64,000 nucleotides of DNA from the NCBI GenBank assembly GCA_965644315.1, contig CBFFRQ010000053.1, forward strand, positions 496,001 through 560,000, read 5' to 3'. Below the pieces are notes generated by a model, which saw nothing but the letters and a program-made list of their open reading frames with translations, was not told where the DNA came from and made no database searches. Below, in pieces: positions 26,589 to 39,438 of this stretch. Positions within the stretch are counted from its first letter, which is position 1; each line of letters begins with the position of its first letter. The stretch comes from Caecitellus pseudoparvulus (Eukaryota > Protista > Bigyra: Bicosoecida). Both the position numbers and the translations under genes were made by a program.

Positions 26589-29500
26589 ATGTCTGGCAAA
26601 GGCCGCATGCACATCCGCCGAAGCAACCTGTCTGGAGTTGCGGGAGATTCGTGGAGGTTTGAACTGCATGGAGGGACTGCGCACGCAGTGGATGGCAGCG
26701 AGTACAGCGGCTCCCTGGCGAAGCGGTGAGGCTGCCTGCGGAACTCGATCAACACGCCGGTGGGCCAAGGCACGCCCCTTCCGCACCGCGCCGTTGTGCA
26801 GGCGCTCGGGCGTGTTTTCCTATGAATGGAACGACAAGTGGTGTGTCCTGCACCCCGCCTGCCTGCTGTACTACTTCGACCATGAGTCGAATTCGACGCC
26901 TGGTGGAGTGCACCTGCTCACGTCACGCACAACAGTCCAGGTGCACCCCCAGCACGGGGACCGGACATGGGTCCTTGAAGTGCACGTGGACCCCACAGAC
27001 GCTGCTGCACGCAAGTTCCTCTTCCAGGCAGACTCGGAGGCGGAGGCGCGTGCGTGGGCAGACGCCATCGCCCGTTTCCACAGCACCGACAGGCTAGTGT
27101 TTGAGCAGGCCGAGACTCAGGAACAGCTGCAGGCAGCCCAGGATGCCTTGGAGACGGCCACTGCAGCTGTGAAAGACATGGAGGTGCGGCGTGATGCTGC
27201 CCTGCAGTCCCTGGGCGCAGCGCAGGATGGCATGCATGAGGCCAGCACCGCGCTGCGTCAACTGTGCAGGGAAGCCGACGCCGCCGCCGACGAGCTGGCG
27301 AAAGCCGCCATGGCTGCCTACACCACGGCTCGCAGTGGTATGGTGGGGGAGGTGCACAAGCCCCTGCTTCCGCCGCCGTATGTGCCGACTGCCAGTGCCG
27401 AGCAGCCCAGCACGCCGGTTGTGCAGGCGGCGGCTGGCGGGCGCCAAACACGCAGCACGAGCTGGAGCGATGACATGGCCAGCAGCACCAAGGAAAGGGG
27501 TGGGAGGCCTGCAGGCGACGTGGATGACCGCGCTGCCCTTCTCTCCCGCACAGCCGGGCGCCTGCTGCAAGCTCGCACGGAACGAGGCAAGGAAATTGGT
27601 GGCGGCGGTGGCACGGACCGCTCTGAGGGGCACGCCATCGGTGTGGACGATGTCGCGGCTCGCCTGCCGTCCGGCGCCGCCATGGACTTGGAGGTGATTC
27701 CATCAGCTGCCTCGGGCAGGCAGGCCCTGCTGGTCTCGTCGCAGCACGGCAAGGAGCTGTCGCAAGCTGCCGTGTCGGCGAGCGCGACCAGCACTGGTCC
27801 CGCGGCCGCTGCCGGCGCGGGTGTCGACGCAAGCAGCGATGCAGCCTCCTCTGCAGCGACATCAACCGTTGTGGCACCAGGCGGGCAGTCTGCCCTGCTG
27901 GCCCCCGTGCGCAACGCCACCAGCGCGCTGAATGAGCGCCTGTTGAAACTGCAGCGCCTCGTGGCGTACGTTACCGCACACGCCATGCCGTGGTGGGCAG
28001 CCCAGGCACGGCAGCAGACACTGGCACTTGCAGAGCAGGGTGCGAAGCTAACCAAGTACAAAGGCGCCATTTTGAAGCTTGCGCACAAGGCCAAGGCGGC
28101 GCGTGCGGCAGCTGGCAGGCGGAAAGCGGAAGCCATCACCCTGCGCGCATCCCTGCTGAGCCTGCAGGCCCAGCTGTCAGCGGCGCACCGCGCACATGCG
28201 GCAGTGGCGCGGGCAGGTGGTGCAGGGGACGACGCCAAGCTGCAGGCCGCCCTGGAGGCCACCCTGCGGCAGCTGTACGCCCAGCACGCCTTCTTCACCC
28301 GTGTGCTGGGCGGGCTCACGACGGACGTTGCGGAGAGCTTGGGCATGCCGTCCCCTGGCCGCCCCCGCTCCCGCTCCATGGACAACGCGCCATCGCCCCA
28401 GCATGCAGCCGCGCCGCTGCCCCCCCATGCCCACATGCTGGGGGTGGGGGCCGGGTCCGCGGGGGCCGCCCACCGTGTCCGCTCCCGCTCCTCCTCCCTC
28501 GGCAGGCAGGTGAGCGCGCCGCCCCCATCACCCTGCGTGCGCACAGCCCTGGACGGCGCAGCTCGCCAGGCTGCAGCCCAGCAGGAAGCCGAGCGCAAAG
28601 GAAGGGGGGGACACCTGTCCATAGCCCCCCTGCGCATCCCCCAGCCTGGCGCCAGCAGCCCCCACCACCGCCAGGACTCCCTCCTGGGGCTGCACGCGGC
28701 GCTGCGCAGGGCCCAGACAGGCCTCCGCGACGCATTTGAGGGGTCCGTGTCCCAGCTCACCACAGCGCCCGTGTACGGCGCGCTGGTGTCCAGCGCCATG
28801 CAGCCGCAGGGGGGGGGCGCCACATCCTCCCTCCCGCCGGCAGCAACCCCGAGGCAGGCGGGGCGGGGCAAGGAGCGCACGAGCCCAAGCAGTGCCCACC
28901 ACCCTGCCCCCTCGCGCCCAGAGCCACGCCCCGCTCCCAGGCCGCGAGGCACGTGGGTCCTGCGGGTGGTGGAGGCGCGGAACCTGCCCCTGCCGCACAC
29001 GTGGGCACCGGGGCATGCGCCGGCCGCCTCCCCCGCCCGCAGCAAGCGCCCCTCGTGGATGGGCGGCAGCTCCGCGCCCCGCACCAGCACCAGCGGCACG
29101 GCAGCCGCCTCCGGACCGGCTGCCTGGGGCGTAGCCCTGGATGGCGTGCCACCCAGCCTTGTCAAGGCCCTCACTCTCACTGGCACGCCCATTGCCCAGG
29201 CAGCCCTGTGCCATGGCGGGCAGGCGCTGTGCCTGACGGGCGGCGCGCCCCTAAGCCACGAGCGCGTGCCGGGGGATGGGGGCGGATCGGGCGGGGAGGA
29301 TGCCGGCTGGCATGCCGAGTGGGACGCTGACGTCAGCGCGCCGGAGGCATCCCTCGGGGGCGATGTCCTGCGCCTGGCAGTGCACGTGGCGCCCGAGCCT
29401 GCTCCGGCGGGGTCCCCCCCCGCCCAGGGCGGGGTCCACCTGGGCGCAGTGCTGGGTGCGGCGGCGGTGGATGCCTCTTCCTGCCGGGAGTGGCCCTGGC

Positions 29501-30435
29501 AACCCCACGCGCTGTGGGTGGAGCTCAAGGCGCCAGAGGGGGGCTCCGCAGCCAGCGTGGAGGGCAGGCCCACCATCCCCCGCCTGGCCCCCTCATCTGC
29601 CTCCGCGCAACGCCCCGCCTCCCTGCCCACCTTCCAGGCCCTGGACGACCTGGGCGTGGGGTGTGCCGTGCCGTGCGACGCTGCGCCGTCCCCCGCGGAG
29701 ATCCCCGTGCCGGTGGGGAACCTGCCGTATTACGTCACCAAGGCCCAGCTGAAGCAGCTGTGTGCCACGCCAGGCATCCTGCCAGAGGCGGTGGGCGCCA
29801 TGCCATCCTCTGGCAGGTGGGCCGCCCCCACCCTACCACCTTGCCCTGCCGGCAACGTGCCCTGCCTGCTGCTGCAGGTGGCGTTCTGCCCAGCCGAGGC
29901 ACCTGCCACCGGCCTGCCCCGGGCGGTGCAGTGGTTCATGGAGCGGGAAGCGGCGGCGGAGGCGGAGCGGGGCCTGCCACCGGACGCCCCCCTGCGGCAG
30001 GCCATCACACACAGCCTGGAGGAGGAGATGCACTCGGCAGGTGGGGCGCAGGGGGCGGAGGCAGGGCAGTCAGGCAGTGCTGACGCCCAAGCGAGCGCGC
30101 AGCCAGCTGGCTTGGAGGCGGCTGTGGGCGTGAGCGAGGAGGAGGGGGGCGGGCGCCCCCGCTCCCTGTCGGCGCTGTCTGCCATCTCCGGTGTGTCTTT
30201 GGATGGGCATGACCTGCACGGGCTGATGGAGGAACCAGTGGTGCTGCCACCCCTGCCGCCGCATGCGGCCACTGCCGCAGGGGCGACACCCACACAGGGG
30301 GGCCTGGCCTCCGATGCTACGGCCGAGGAGGTGCGGGAGCTGAAGCACAAGCTCAAGGTGCTGGCCAAGGCGTACAAGACCCTGCAGGGGCAGCACAAGG
30401 CCGTCGTGGCAGAGCTGGCGCGAGCCAAGGCCTGA
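26589..30435 (+). CDS. PH-domain coiled-coil protein with degenerate C2-like segment; intron 26726-26801
   Basis: Spliced PH domain YSGSLAKRRSG..WNDKWCVL..LLYYF..FLFQADSEAEARAWADAI. WVLRVVEARNLP resembles a C2 first strand. Coiled coils are present. Confidence 0.75.
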
Positions 30436-30593
30436 CTTGTGCGGCGCGCTGGGAAGCACTCGCAGACGCGAGCCGGCGGCAAAATGCACCGGACAGTGCC
30501 CTTTCCGCACGCAACGAATGGAAGACGTGCACCCAGGAGACGCTGCGTGCCTGTGCCAGTGACACGCCTGCCCCGCTACGCGCGCCAGGCGCC

Positions 30594-32117
30594 ATGGCCG
30601 CAGAGGAGAGCAAGGTGGAGAAGACCGGCGATGAGGTGGCGCAGGAGCTGCTGGAGGCTGACCTCGCCCTGGGCAAGCGCATGAAGCTGGCCCAGCTGGT
30701 GCACGTGCTGCGCTGCCCTGAGGAGTATGCGCCCGACAAGGCTGCAGTGAAGGAGCAGGTGATGGAGCTGGTGCAGGAGCGAGGTACGTAACGCCGGCCA
30801 CCACGCCCGGCGCCTCGCGAAGTGCGACGGAGGTGCTTCACCGGCGCACCTTGCCACGCCGACGCAGAGATGGCCCCCTACTATCAAGCCCTGGCGGATG
30901 AGTTTGCATGGCCACTGGACAAGGCGCTGCTGAGCTCCCTGTCGTGCGTGCTGAGGAGTGGGCCATGAAACGCGGCGTTTCGCGTGCACGCAGCCGGAGC
31001 CTCTGCACGCCTGCGCAGGGATGCGAACGCCAAGCGCCTCGGTGAGCTGGACGAGAGCATTGAGAAGAACAAGGAGTTTGGGGATTCAGAGGTCTTCGAC
31101 GCGTCATGCGCCAAGGCCGAGTACTTGGCCCAAATCGGCGACAGTGTCAGTGGCGTTGCGTGACGGCTCACCCTGGCTGCGGCTGAGCGTCACTCGCACC
31201 CGCCGCGCGCCTGTGCAGACCGGCGCACTGGAGGCGTATGAGGCTGTGGACTTGGCCCACACCAGCTCCGGGCAGCGTGTGGACGTGCACATGGCCAAGG
31301 CCCTCATTCACATCTTCGAAGGCCAGCAGAGCGAAGCTCAGGCCAGCATCGATGCAGCGAACGCGTGCGTGGTGCAGCTGCCCCGCGCCGCACACGCCGG
31401 CGCATGCACCCGTGTGTGCACACTCACTCACCCCGCCCCCGCAGACTCAACGACAAGGGCGGGGACTGGGACCGGCGCAACCGCCTGAAGGTGTACGGCG
31501 CGGTGGTGGACATGGCAGGCCGGGACTTCGAAGCCGCCAGCGGGAAGCTGCTGGACGTCCTGGCCACCTTCACCTGCTACGAGATCTGCGACTACAACAC
31601 CTTCGTCCTGTACGCCGTGCTCATGGCGCTCGTGACGCTGCCCCGCACACAGCTGAAGGCGCGGGTGGTGGACTCGCCCGACGTCCTCAGCGTCATCCGA
31701 GACATCCCCCACCTGGCGCCGCTGCTGAACTGCCTGTACTCGGCAGACTACGCAGGCTTCATGGCCGCCATCGTGGCCGTGTTCCCTGCCCTGCAGCGGG
31801 ACCGGTACCTGGCCCCCCATGCGTCGTACTGGGTGAGGGAGGTGCGTGTGCGGGCCTACGGGCAGTACCTGGATGCGTACAGGTCCGTGACGCTGCAGTC
31901 CATGGCCAAGGCCTTTGGCGTGGCGGCGGGCTTCCTGGACGCGGAGCTGTCCCGTTTCATCGCCGCGCGCCGCCTGCACGCCAAGATCGACCGGGTGGGG
32001 GGTGTCGTGCACAGCACCCGGGCAGAGCCCAAATCCGCACAGTATGCAGCCCTGCTCAAGACGGGGGACTCCCTCCTCAACCGTGTGCAGCGCCTGTCTC
32101 GCGTCGTGAGCGTGTGA
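30594..32117 (+). CDS. PSMD6: 26S proteasome lid subunit RPN7; introns 30784-30867, 30944-31018, 31146-31218, 31365-31444
   Basis: MAPYY, AEYLAQIGD, GGDWDRRNRLKVY, YRSVTL..MA.AFGV and LHAKIDRV (PCI domain). All four introns join in frame. Confidence 0.95.
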
Positions 32118-32120
32118 GGA

Positions 32121-32128
32121 AATGCATT
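32121..32128. terminator. Candidate bidirectional 3'-end/polyadenylation motif AATGCATT
   Basis: Palindrome filling the 10-nt gap between convergent stops; it recurs at other 3' ends. Confidence 0.45.
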
Positions 32129-35100
32129 TACACAGCCCCTTCCCCCTGCGCTGAGGGGGGTGTGCTGGGGACAGAGGGGGGGGGCTCATCGCCCGCCTCC
32201 CTTCCCCCCTCTGTCCCAGACGGCACGGCACTGTCCACTGCCCACTGCTGTAGGCCAGTGTCACTGCGCAGGGACGTGTCACCGCCGATGCTGGGCGAGC
32301 CTTGGGTTGAGTGCGCCAGCAGGCGCTGTGTCAGGCCTGTCAGGGAGGGGGAGGAGGGGGGGGTGGCATCCCCCCCCTCACTCCCCTCCGCCCCCACGCC
32401 GTGCCTCGCAGGGCGGTGTGTCCGGAACCCACCCCCCGCCGCAGTGCCTGCCTGGCTCTGGCGAAGGGGAGGGGGCACCCCCCCCTCACCCCCCTGCTCC
32501 ACCGCCACGGGGTACCCCGCCCCCATGGCCGCGCGCTGCAGCCTGCCGAGACCACGGGGAGCCACACCCCCCTGCGCCGGCCCCTGGCCCACACCCACCA
32601 CACTGGCCGACGCCGCCATGCTGCGCCGCTGCCCCTCGCTCCACGCCAGGTACGCCGCACTGACGGCGGTGGCCTGGCGTCTGCGCGAACTGGGCAACTC
32701 GGCGATGTTGCCGCCCAGCACAGGCCCCATGCGTGCCGAGCGCATGTTCGCGGCATATGCTTGCCCCGTCAGCACCGACGTGCTGAGCTGCAGGGGGTCC
32801 CGCCCGCCGTGGGCTTGCAACCCCCCCCCGCCCTCCTCCTCCTCCTCCGAAGCAGCCACCAGCAGGTCCTGGATGCGGGTGACAGCCTCCCCCGCGCCGC
32901 CCCCCCGTGGGGACCCCCGTGCCATGTACGCCGCGGCAGCGTACAGTGCCGCCCCTGCCTCCTCGTCGTCTGAGCTGAGGTGCAGGGCGGCTGAGAAGGA
33001 GTCCGTGGACAGGGTGGGGCGGACCCGGGCCCCCCCCTCCGGCGCCAGTCTGTGCCGCAGCGGGCTGGGGCGGCGGCCCTGGGCGCTGCGACGGGTGTAG
33101 GAGAAGCGGTCTGTGGAGGCAGAGGGGGCGAGGAGGGGCGCGCTGGCGGTGGGGGGGGCACTGGACAGCGCCAGGGTGATGTGGGACACCTGGTGGGGAG
33201 ACAGCGCCCCCCGACCTGCGATAACCGCCTCCGTGGACACGCCTGGAATGCGCAGGCGGTGCAGGGCTTGGCGTGCCGCCTCCACTCCAGGAGGGGGGGG
33301 CTCTGGCGCCTGGTGGGGGGGGGGCAGGCTGGACGTGCCCACCACGGCCAACCCCTCCAGACCCGGGGCAGGGCCGGGGTTGCGGGTTGAGGGGGGGTCG
33401 GGACCGCCCTGGTGCGGCAGGGGGTGGGGCGGGGAGGCCGTGGGGGGGACCGGCACACCGTCCCACGTGAGGGGCCGTCGGGGGGTGTGCGAGGGGGGGG
33501 GCTGTCCCACGTGCACCCCTCCCTCGCCGGGCAGGCTGAGCAGCAGCCCCCCCCCCTCTGACGTGACCACCTGCACCCCCTGCGCGGCCAGCGCCTGTAC
33601 CAGGGCTTCCCGTTCGGCAGGGTGCAAGAGACCCCCCCCCCACAGGGCGCGAGAGGCCCCCCCCCCCTCCCCCCCTGAGCACGCCACGATGGCAGACGCC
33701 AGGGACAACAGGGCCGTGTCCACACCAGTGGCATGCCAGGCCGCCACGTCGGCGGGGTCCCCCCCCGCAAGTGCGGCGGAGAGGGCACCCGCAGAGGGAT
33801 GGGCGGGGGCGGTGTCCGCGGAGGAGGGTGCCGGGGGCGGCAACAGAGCCGCCAAGGCCCCCACCACTGGTCGCACTGCCTGGGGGTCGTCAGGTTGGTG
33901 TGGGGCAGGGGTGGCCTCCTGGGGGGCAGGGGGGCGGGGTCCGCCCACCGCAGTGCCCTGCACTCCCGCCCACACCCCCTGCAGCAGGGCCGGCAGCTGG
34001 ATCCCACCACCACCACCCTCCTCCCCCTCCTCCTCTTCGTCGGAGTCCTCCCCCACGTGCTGCAAGCGGCCAACAGGGGGGGGGCCGGCCCTGCTGCCCA
34101 GCGCCACCCCCACCTGCCGACCCTGTGACGCAGCCTGCAGGAACGCTAGGGCCTTGGCCCGATCGGACGGGAGGGGGGTACGGGGGCGGCCGGAGATGCC
34201 GGCGCCCCCCCCCAGGAGGGTGGGTATGCCGGCCAGGGGGGGGGCTGGGGCGGACCCCGGTCGCATGCCGCCCGCGGACCGGCGCCCGTCACCCCCCCCC
34301 TCCCCCAGCCTGAGGGGGGTCCCTTCCCCACTCACCTGCACCGGGCTCGCCCCAGGCAGGTCGGACCCCCCCTGGGGCAGCACACCCGTCTGTCCCTTGC
34401 CTGGCGCCCGGGGGGCCGGGCTCCCCAGACTGCCCCACACATCCCCCCGCACCCCCTCCGCCCCCATATCCTCCACTGCGGCCACACCAGGGGGCAGGCT
34501 GTCGTCCAGAAAACTGCGCTTGCGGCCCAGGGAGCCACCACCACCTGCTCCGGGGGTGGGCTCATCTCCCACCCGGGACCGGCGCCGCAGTCGGTCTGGG
34601 GCGGTGATGTCTGCACCTGGACCGGGTGTGCCCTGCAGGGGGCCACCCTTGCCCCTCCCCCCGGAAGACGGCATGGTGGGGGCGGAGGGTGACCCGGCCA
34701 GGTCGCTGCGACCAGGCGTGTCGGGCCCCACCCCGCCGCCGGCGCCTGGGGGCAGGGAGCGCCGTCTGTGGACACCCGCCACTGCGGCGCTGTACACGGC
34801 CGCCTGCCCCGCCGGATCCCGGGCGGACCCGTCAGCCGCGAAGAGATTTCTCCGCCGCAGGCTGGGCGGCAGTGCGGACAGGATGTCGTTGGCGGGGGCG
34901 GCGGCGTCCTCCGCCGCCTCGCTGGCCTCGTCGCCGAACACGGCCTCCTCGTCGGCGGCCTGGCGGTCCACCAGGCGCAACAAGTGCTGAAACCGATCGC
35001 CCGGCACCCCCGCCTCCTTCAGCGCGTCACGCAGCTCCCACACGGCGTGCTCCAGCAGGGACACTCGCGCCTTCAACGCAGCACGGTGGGCGTCGCGCGC

Positions 35101-37630
35101 CTTCAACTCATGCCGCAGCACACTCGCCTCAGCTGACCGCGCAGACACGCTGTCTTGCAGGGCACGCAGGGTGGCTTCCGAGGCGGAGGGGGCGAGGCGG
35201 CGCCCCCCCGCCCCCTCCCGCCGCCGGCGCCCTCCGTCGCTGCGGCTGTCGTCGCTGGTCGCGTGCGACCCCCCCACTGCAGCGGAGGGGGCCTTGGCGC
35301 CCCCCCGCCCCCCCCGTCGGCGGCGTCTGCCCTTCCCACCTCCACGGCAGCGGGCACCACTGCCCACACTGCTTGAGGGTGTGGCGGCTTTGTCCAGCAT
35401 CGCTGCCCACTGGTCCTCCATGCCTGTGGTGCGGTGGCGGTGGGCGCGGCCCAGGCGGACGGGGGAAGCGGCGGGCATGGGCCCACCCGGCGCCCCCTCG
35501 GCACTGGCGTGTGACTCCAGGCCAGACAGGCCCCCCCCCGCTGTCTCTCCCTCGGAGTGGGAGTCTGAGAAACTCCCCGACCGGGTCAGGGTGCCGGCCT
35601 CACCCGCGTCCCCCCCCGGACCGGACCCGGTCATGTAACCGTCCAGACCGCTGGTGTCGGCGCGGGGGGGGAGGGGTGTGAAGCCCCCCCCCCCGCCGGA
35701 CACACGCCCCCCCACCCCCAGCGGCACGGAGCCGATGCGGGGCGCCGGGGCCCGGGCGTCGGACCCGCCCCCCACACTGTACTCACTCTGGCTGGCGCGG
35801 CGCCGACGGAAGGGGCGAGCGGAGGGAGGGTCGACCCCCCCTCCCGTGCCGGGGCCGGGGGAGGTGACCAGCGCAGGCCCCGGGCCGGATAGGAAGGCGG
35901 CGGAGTCCACTGCGGAGAGGGGGTGTGGACCCCCCCTCCCCCCCCCCTCAGAGTCAGTGGAGGAGGGTTGGGATCCCCTGCTGGAGGGGGGGTGGGAGGC
36001 GGGGGACAGACGGGTAGCGTCGCCCCCGCCCCCCTCACCTCCAGAGGGGGGGCGCTGCGGCAGCCGGCGGGAGGGGGGCTGCCGCCGGGTCCGCTCCCGG
36101 CGCCGTCTGGGAGGGGGGGCAGCACCCCCCTCCGGTTGTGACCCACCAGCACTGCCCCGCGCCGCCGCCTCCCCTGCAGAGGAGATGTCGCTGCCGGCGG
36201 AGGAGGTCGGTGGGCGTGCTGTGCGGGAGGGGGAGCGGACAGGGCTGCCTTTGACGGTCAGGTGAGTGCTGTCGTCGATGCCCAGCAGTGCCCGCAGAAT
36301 GGGCACCTGGGAAGGCAGGAGTGGCGAGGAGAGGACGGCGGAGATGACTTCGGGGGGCGTCAGGGGCTCCTTACGCCCGGCCCGCTGCTCCGCCTCAATT
36401 ACCGCAGCAGCCACGACGCCAGCGTTGTCGTACTGCGCCGCCAGCTCCGCGACGCGCAGCAGGTGGCGCTGCTTGGACTTGGACGACGTGATGATCTTGC
36501 GCTGGCGGGCGACGTGGTCCCGCAGGCGGCGCAGGCGCTTGTTGGCTTGCTTCACCGTTTCGCGGTGCGTTGCCTTGGCCACCACGCGAGCCCAGCGGAA
36601 GAAGGCGATGTCGGAGCGGTGGTACGCCAGCTGCGACAGCGCAGCGCGCAGCTTGCGCTTGTCCTCCAGCAGCTCCAGGCGTGCCAAGTCCCGCTCTGCC
36701 GCCCGGCGGTTCATCTCCCGCTCCAGACGCAGCACCTCCTCGCTCATGATGAGGCCTTCGCTGAAACGCCGCAGCTGGGCGATGGAGCGGTGCAGGGAGC
36801 CGGCCAGCGTGCCCATCGTGCGGTGCAGCCCCGACATGAGCACCACCATGCGCCTGTGCACGCCGGAAGGCAGCCCAGCCAGCGCTGTCAGCACGTGCTG
36901 CCACTCCTGCAGCCGCTGCACTGCCCGTTGTGCCGCAGCACTGTCGGCGAGGGTGGTCTCGCACAGCTCGATGTACTCGCCATTGCGCGCGCCGTCCCGC
37001 GGCATGCTCCACGCAGAGTCCACAGAGGACGCATCTTCCTCGTCTGCTGCGTCCCACGCTGCCAGGTCGATGGGAATGGTGCCCAGTATGCCGCCTGCGT
37101 CGCCGGCGACACCTGCGGCGTTTTCGCCGTTTGGCACCTGCAGCGCAGCTGGCTTGCCGAGTGGCGCCTTGCGTTTCCGGCGCGCCCGACGGCGACGAGG
37201 GCTCGACTGTGTGCTGCTGCCCTGTGGCGCTGCGGTGGGCAGCGCGCCTGGCCCTCTCGGGCTCGACCCACCCAGTCCCAGATCCATGTAGTCGCCGAGA
37301 GAGGAGGAAGGGGGGGGGGCGGTTCCACCGTGCGAGGGCGGCGTGGGCGCAGCCCTGGCCACACACCCACTGCCCTGCGAGCCAGAGGGCTTGGAGGGCG
37401 CGTGAGGGTGTGTGTTTTTGACGTGTATTGCCTTGCACCTTTCAATGCCGCCTCGGTGCAGGCGCAGCTGTGTGGCAGACGCGTACTTGCACTTGGCAGC
37501 GTGCGTGCTGAGGCTTCGCGAGGCTGACCTGCCGGGAACAGGGCAGCAGCCGGAGCGTCCCCCACTGCGCCCACACAGACGCCGCCCCCGGCCTATTCAC
37601 TGGCGCAGCTTCCTTCCAGAAGCCCGGCAT
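32128..37630 (-). CDS. Hypothetical protein with N-terminal coiled coil and long Gly/Pro/Ala low-complexity region (start uncertain; possible exon 37630-37487, intron 37486-37375)
   Basis: Open frame of about 1,750 codons with coiled-coil segments (LRLEREMNRR, LRHELKARDAH). A GTACGC...CGCAG intron links it in frame to ATG 37630. Confidence 0.65.
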
Positions 37631-38319
37631 GTGCAGGTGATGAGTGTGAGAGCGAATCAGGGGCGCCCAGCCACTTCACCACCACCTGCTGAACACGTCA
37701 TCGGAGCCAAAGCGGCGGCACACAGCGCAAACGCCGCGCACGGGGTGAAAACATCTCGTACATGCCTGTCCACCGCCCCAGGCCCCCTTGGAGCCTGCCA
37801 TTGCGCCCCCTGGCGGGAACGAAGCTCGCGTCGGCCAGCCAGCCTAACCCGCCGACGCCGCCGCCGCACAGCCGCCGCCCCAACCCGCCACCAAAAAGCA
37901 CCCTGGCGCAAGCCGTGCACAAAACCTGACCAGGACATGCATTCAAGCTGTTTCCCCGCACGCGGAGGCGTGCTGGCGCTCTGTGCGCTGCAGCGCGGGG
38001 CAGTGCGCCCCAGTGCAGCCTTCCCACCGAAAACTTGTTTGTGGGACGAGTCCTTGCCCCAACCTCGCACCCTTGTTGGCAGCGGCCGCCAGCCCCCCCA
38101 ACAAAAGAATGCATTCTGCACACTTTTTCACATTCATTTCAGTCCGTTCAGCCCTCCTATGTCGCCCTCACACCCTCCCGGCCAGCCCAGATACGACCCA
38201 CTCTCAAGTTTCAGCAGCAGCTGAAAAGTTGCAACAACCTGCCCCCGCCTGAACTGCACGTCAGAGTCGACCAGACACCCCGCGCACACAGCGACACCCA
38301 AGACAGACCCACCCTCAGC

Positions 38320-39438
38320 ATGGCAGCCTCCCAGTCTTTCCAGCAGCCCGGCCTCCTGGGCCTCACGCCCCAGGGTGGTGTTGTGTACAAAGAAGATGCC
38401 AACGAGGACTGCACCCTCGTATCTGTCACATGCCCCCGCACCGACGCCACTGGGCAGCGCACCAGCGGCAAGGCACAGCAGAACATCGTCCTCAGCTTCA
38501 CCCAGCAGCTGCCAGCGTCCACCCTAGCCAGCTTGGACCGGGCGGTGGCGCCGCTGAGCGATGCGGCGAGGAGTGGCGCCTCCCTCGACACCGTCTGGCA
38601 GCGTGCTGCCGCCTTCAAGGAGGTGCAAAAACTTGTTGAGCTGGAGCTGGTGAACGCTGCGCAGCAGCCGGTGCTGGTGGCTGCCGCAGAGGAAGTTGAC
38701 AAGACGGCCAGGGTTGTGCCGGTGTACATGGCGGTGTACACAACCACCCAGCAGGCGGGCAGTGTTTCGCACGTGTTGGGGCGTGCCGAGCCAAAGCGCG
38801 GCGGGGGGCGGCGCGCAATGTGCCGAGGCGTGCGCAAGCATGCAGACTTGTTGCAGGACCTGCGGGGCATCGGCCTGCTGACCCCCGGCACCCTCGTCAT
38901 GCTGCTGAACCTTCACCGCCTGCCCTGCTCACGCAACCACGGCGGGCTGGCCTTCCAACTTCGCGCCCATGTGCAAGGCATCGAGGCGCCCCAGTGCACG
39001 CCTCTCTTCCGCACACTGCGCGTGCGCAAGACAGGGGGCAGCAAGCGGTCCATCAGCAGCACTGCGGCGTGCAAGGACTTGGAGGTGGACATGGAGTGGG
39101 CGAAGCGCCCTCGCGTGGAGGCGCCCACAGTGCACGCTGACGGCGTCGAGAAACTCGGCTCCAGATTCGGACTGCCCCTCACCATCAGCGGCGACAGCGC
39201 AAATGCCATCAGTGCCCCCTCCCTCAACGCTGTGTGGTGCCAAAGCACCGAGTCCAACCCTGTTGGCATCAACCCTGGGGAGGGCACGCCTCCGCAAACG
39301 CTGTTCGAACCGGACGCTGGGCTGGCAGGCATGCAGGCACTGGACACCATGCAACTGCTCAGTCACTTCTCCTTGGACGTCATGAGCAAGGAAATCGGCT
39401 GCCTACATGGCATGGCGTCAGTGTCCAGCGGGCTCTGA
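38320..39438 (+). CDS. Hypothetical protein, possibly a beta-sandwich DNA-binding transcription factor
   Basis: Strong coding-like codon usage from ATG 38320; segment PCSRNHGGLAFQL...TPLFRTLRVRK followed by the basic NLS-like KRPR. Confidence 0.6.
   Translation: MAASQSFQQPGLLGLTPQGGVVYKEDANEDCTLVSVTCPRTDATGQRTSGKAQQNIVLSFTQQLPASTLASLDRAVAPLSDAARSGASLDTVWQRAAAFKEVQKLVELELVNAAQQPVLVAAAEEVDKTARVVPVYMAVYTTTQQAGSVSHVLGRAEPKRGGGRRAMCRGVRKHADLLQDLRGIGLLTPGTLVMLLNLHRLPCSRNHGGLAFQLRAHVQGIEAPQCTPLFRTLRVRKTGGSKRSISSTAACKDLEVDMEWAKRPRVEAPTVHADGVEKLGSRFGLPLTISGDSANAISAPSLNAVWCQSTESNPVGINPGEGTPPQTLFEPDAGLAGMQALDTMQLLSHFSLDVMSKEIGCLHGMASVSSGL

Noticed and set aside
31238-36265. Long + strand ORFs (620, 625, 351 aa) and similar ORFs at 27318-29630, 42415-44577 and 50488-52065
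   Set aside because: These are antisense or alternative-frame shadows of real genes in very GC-rich, stop-poor DNA, with no motifs.
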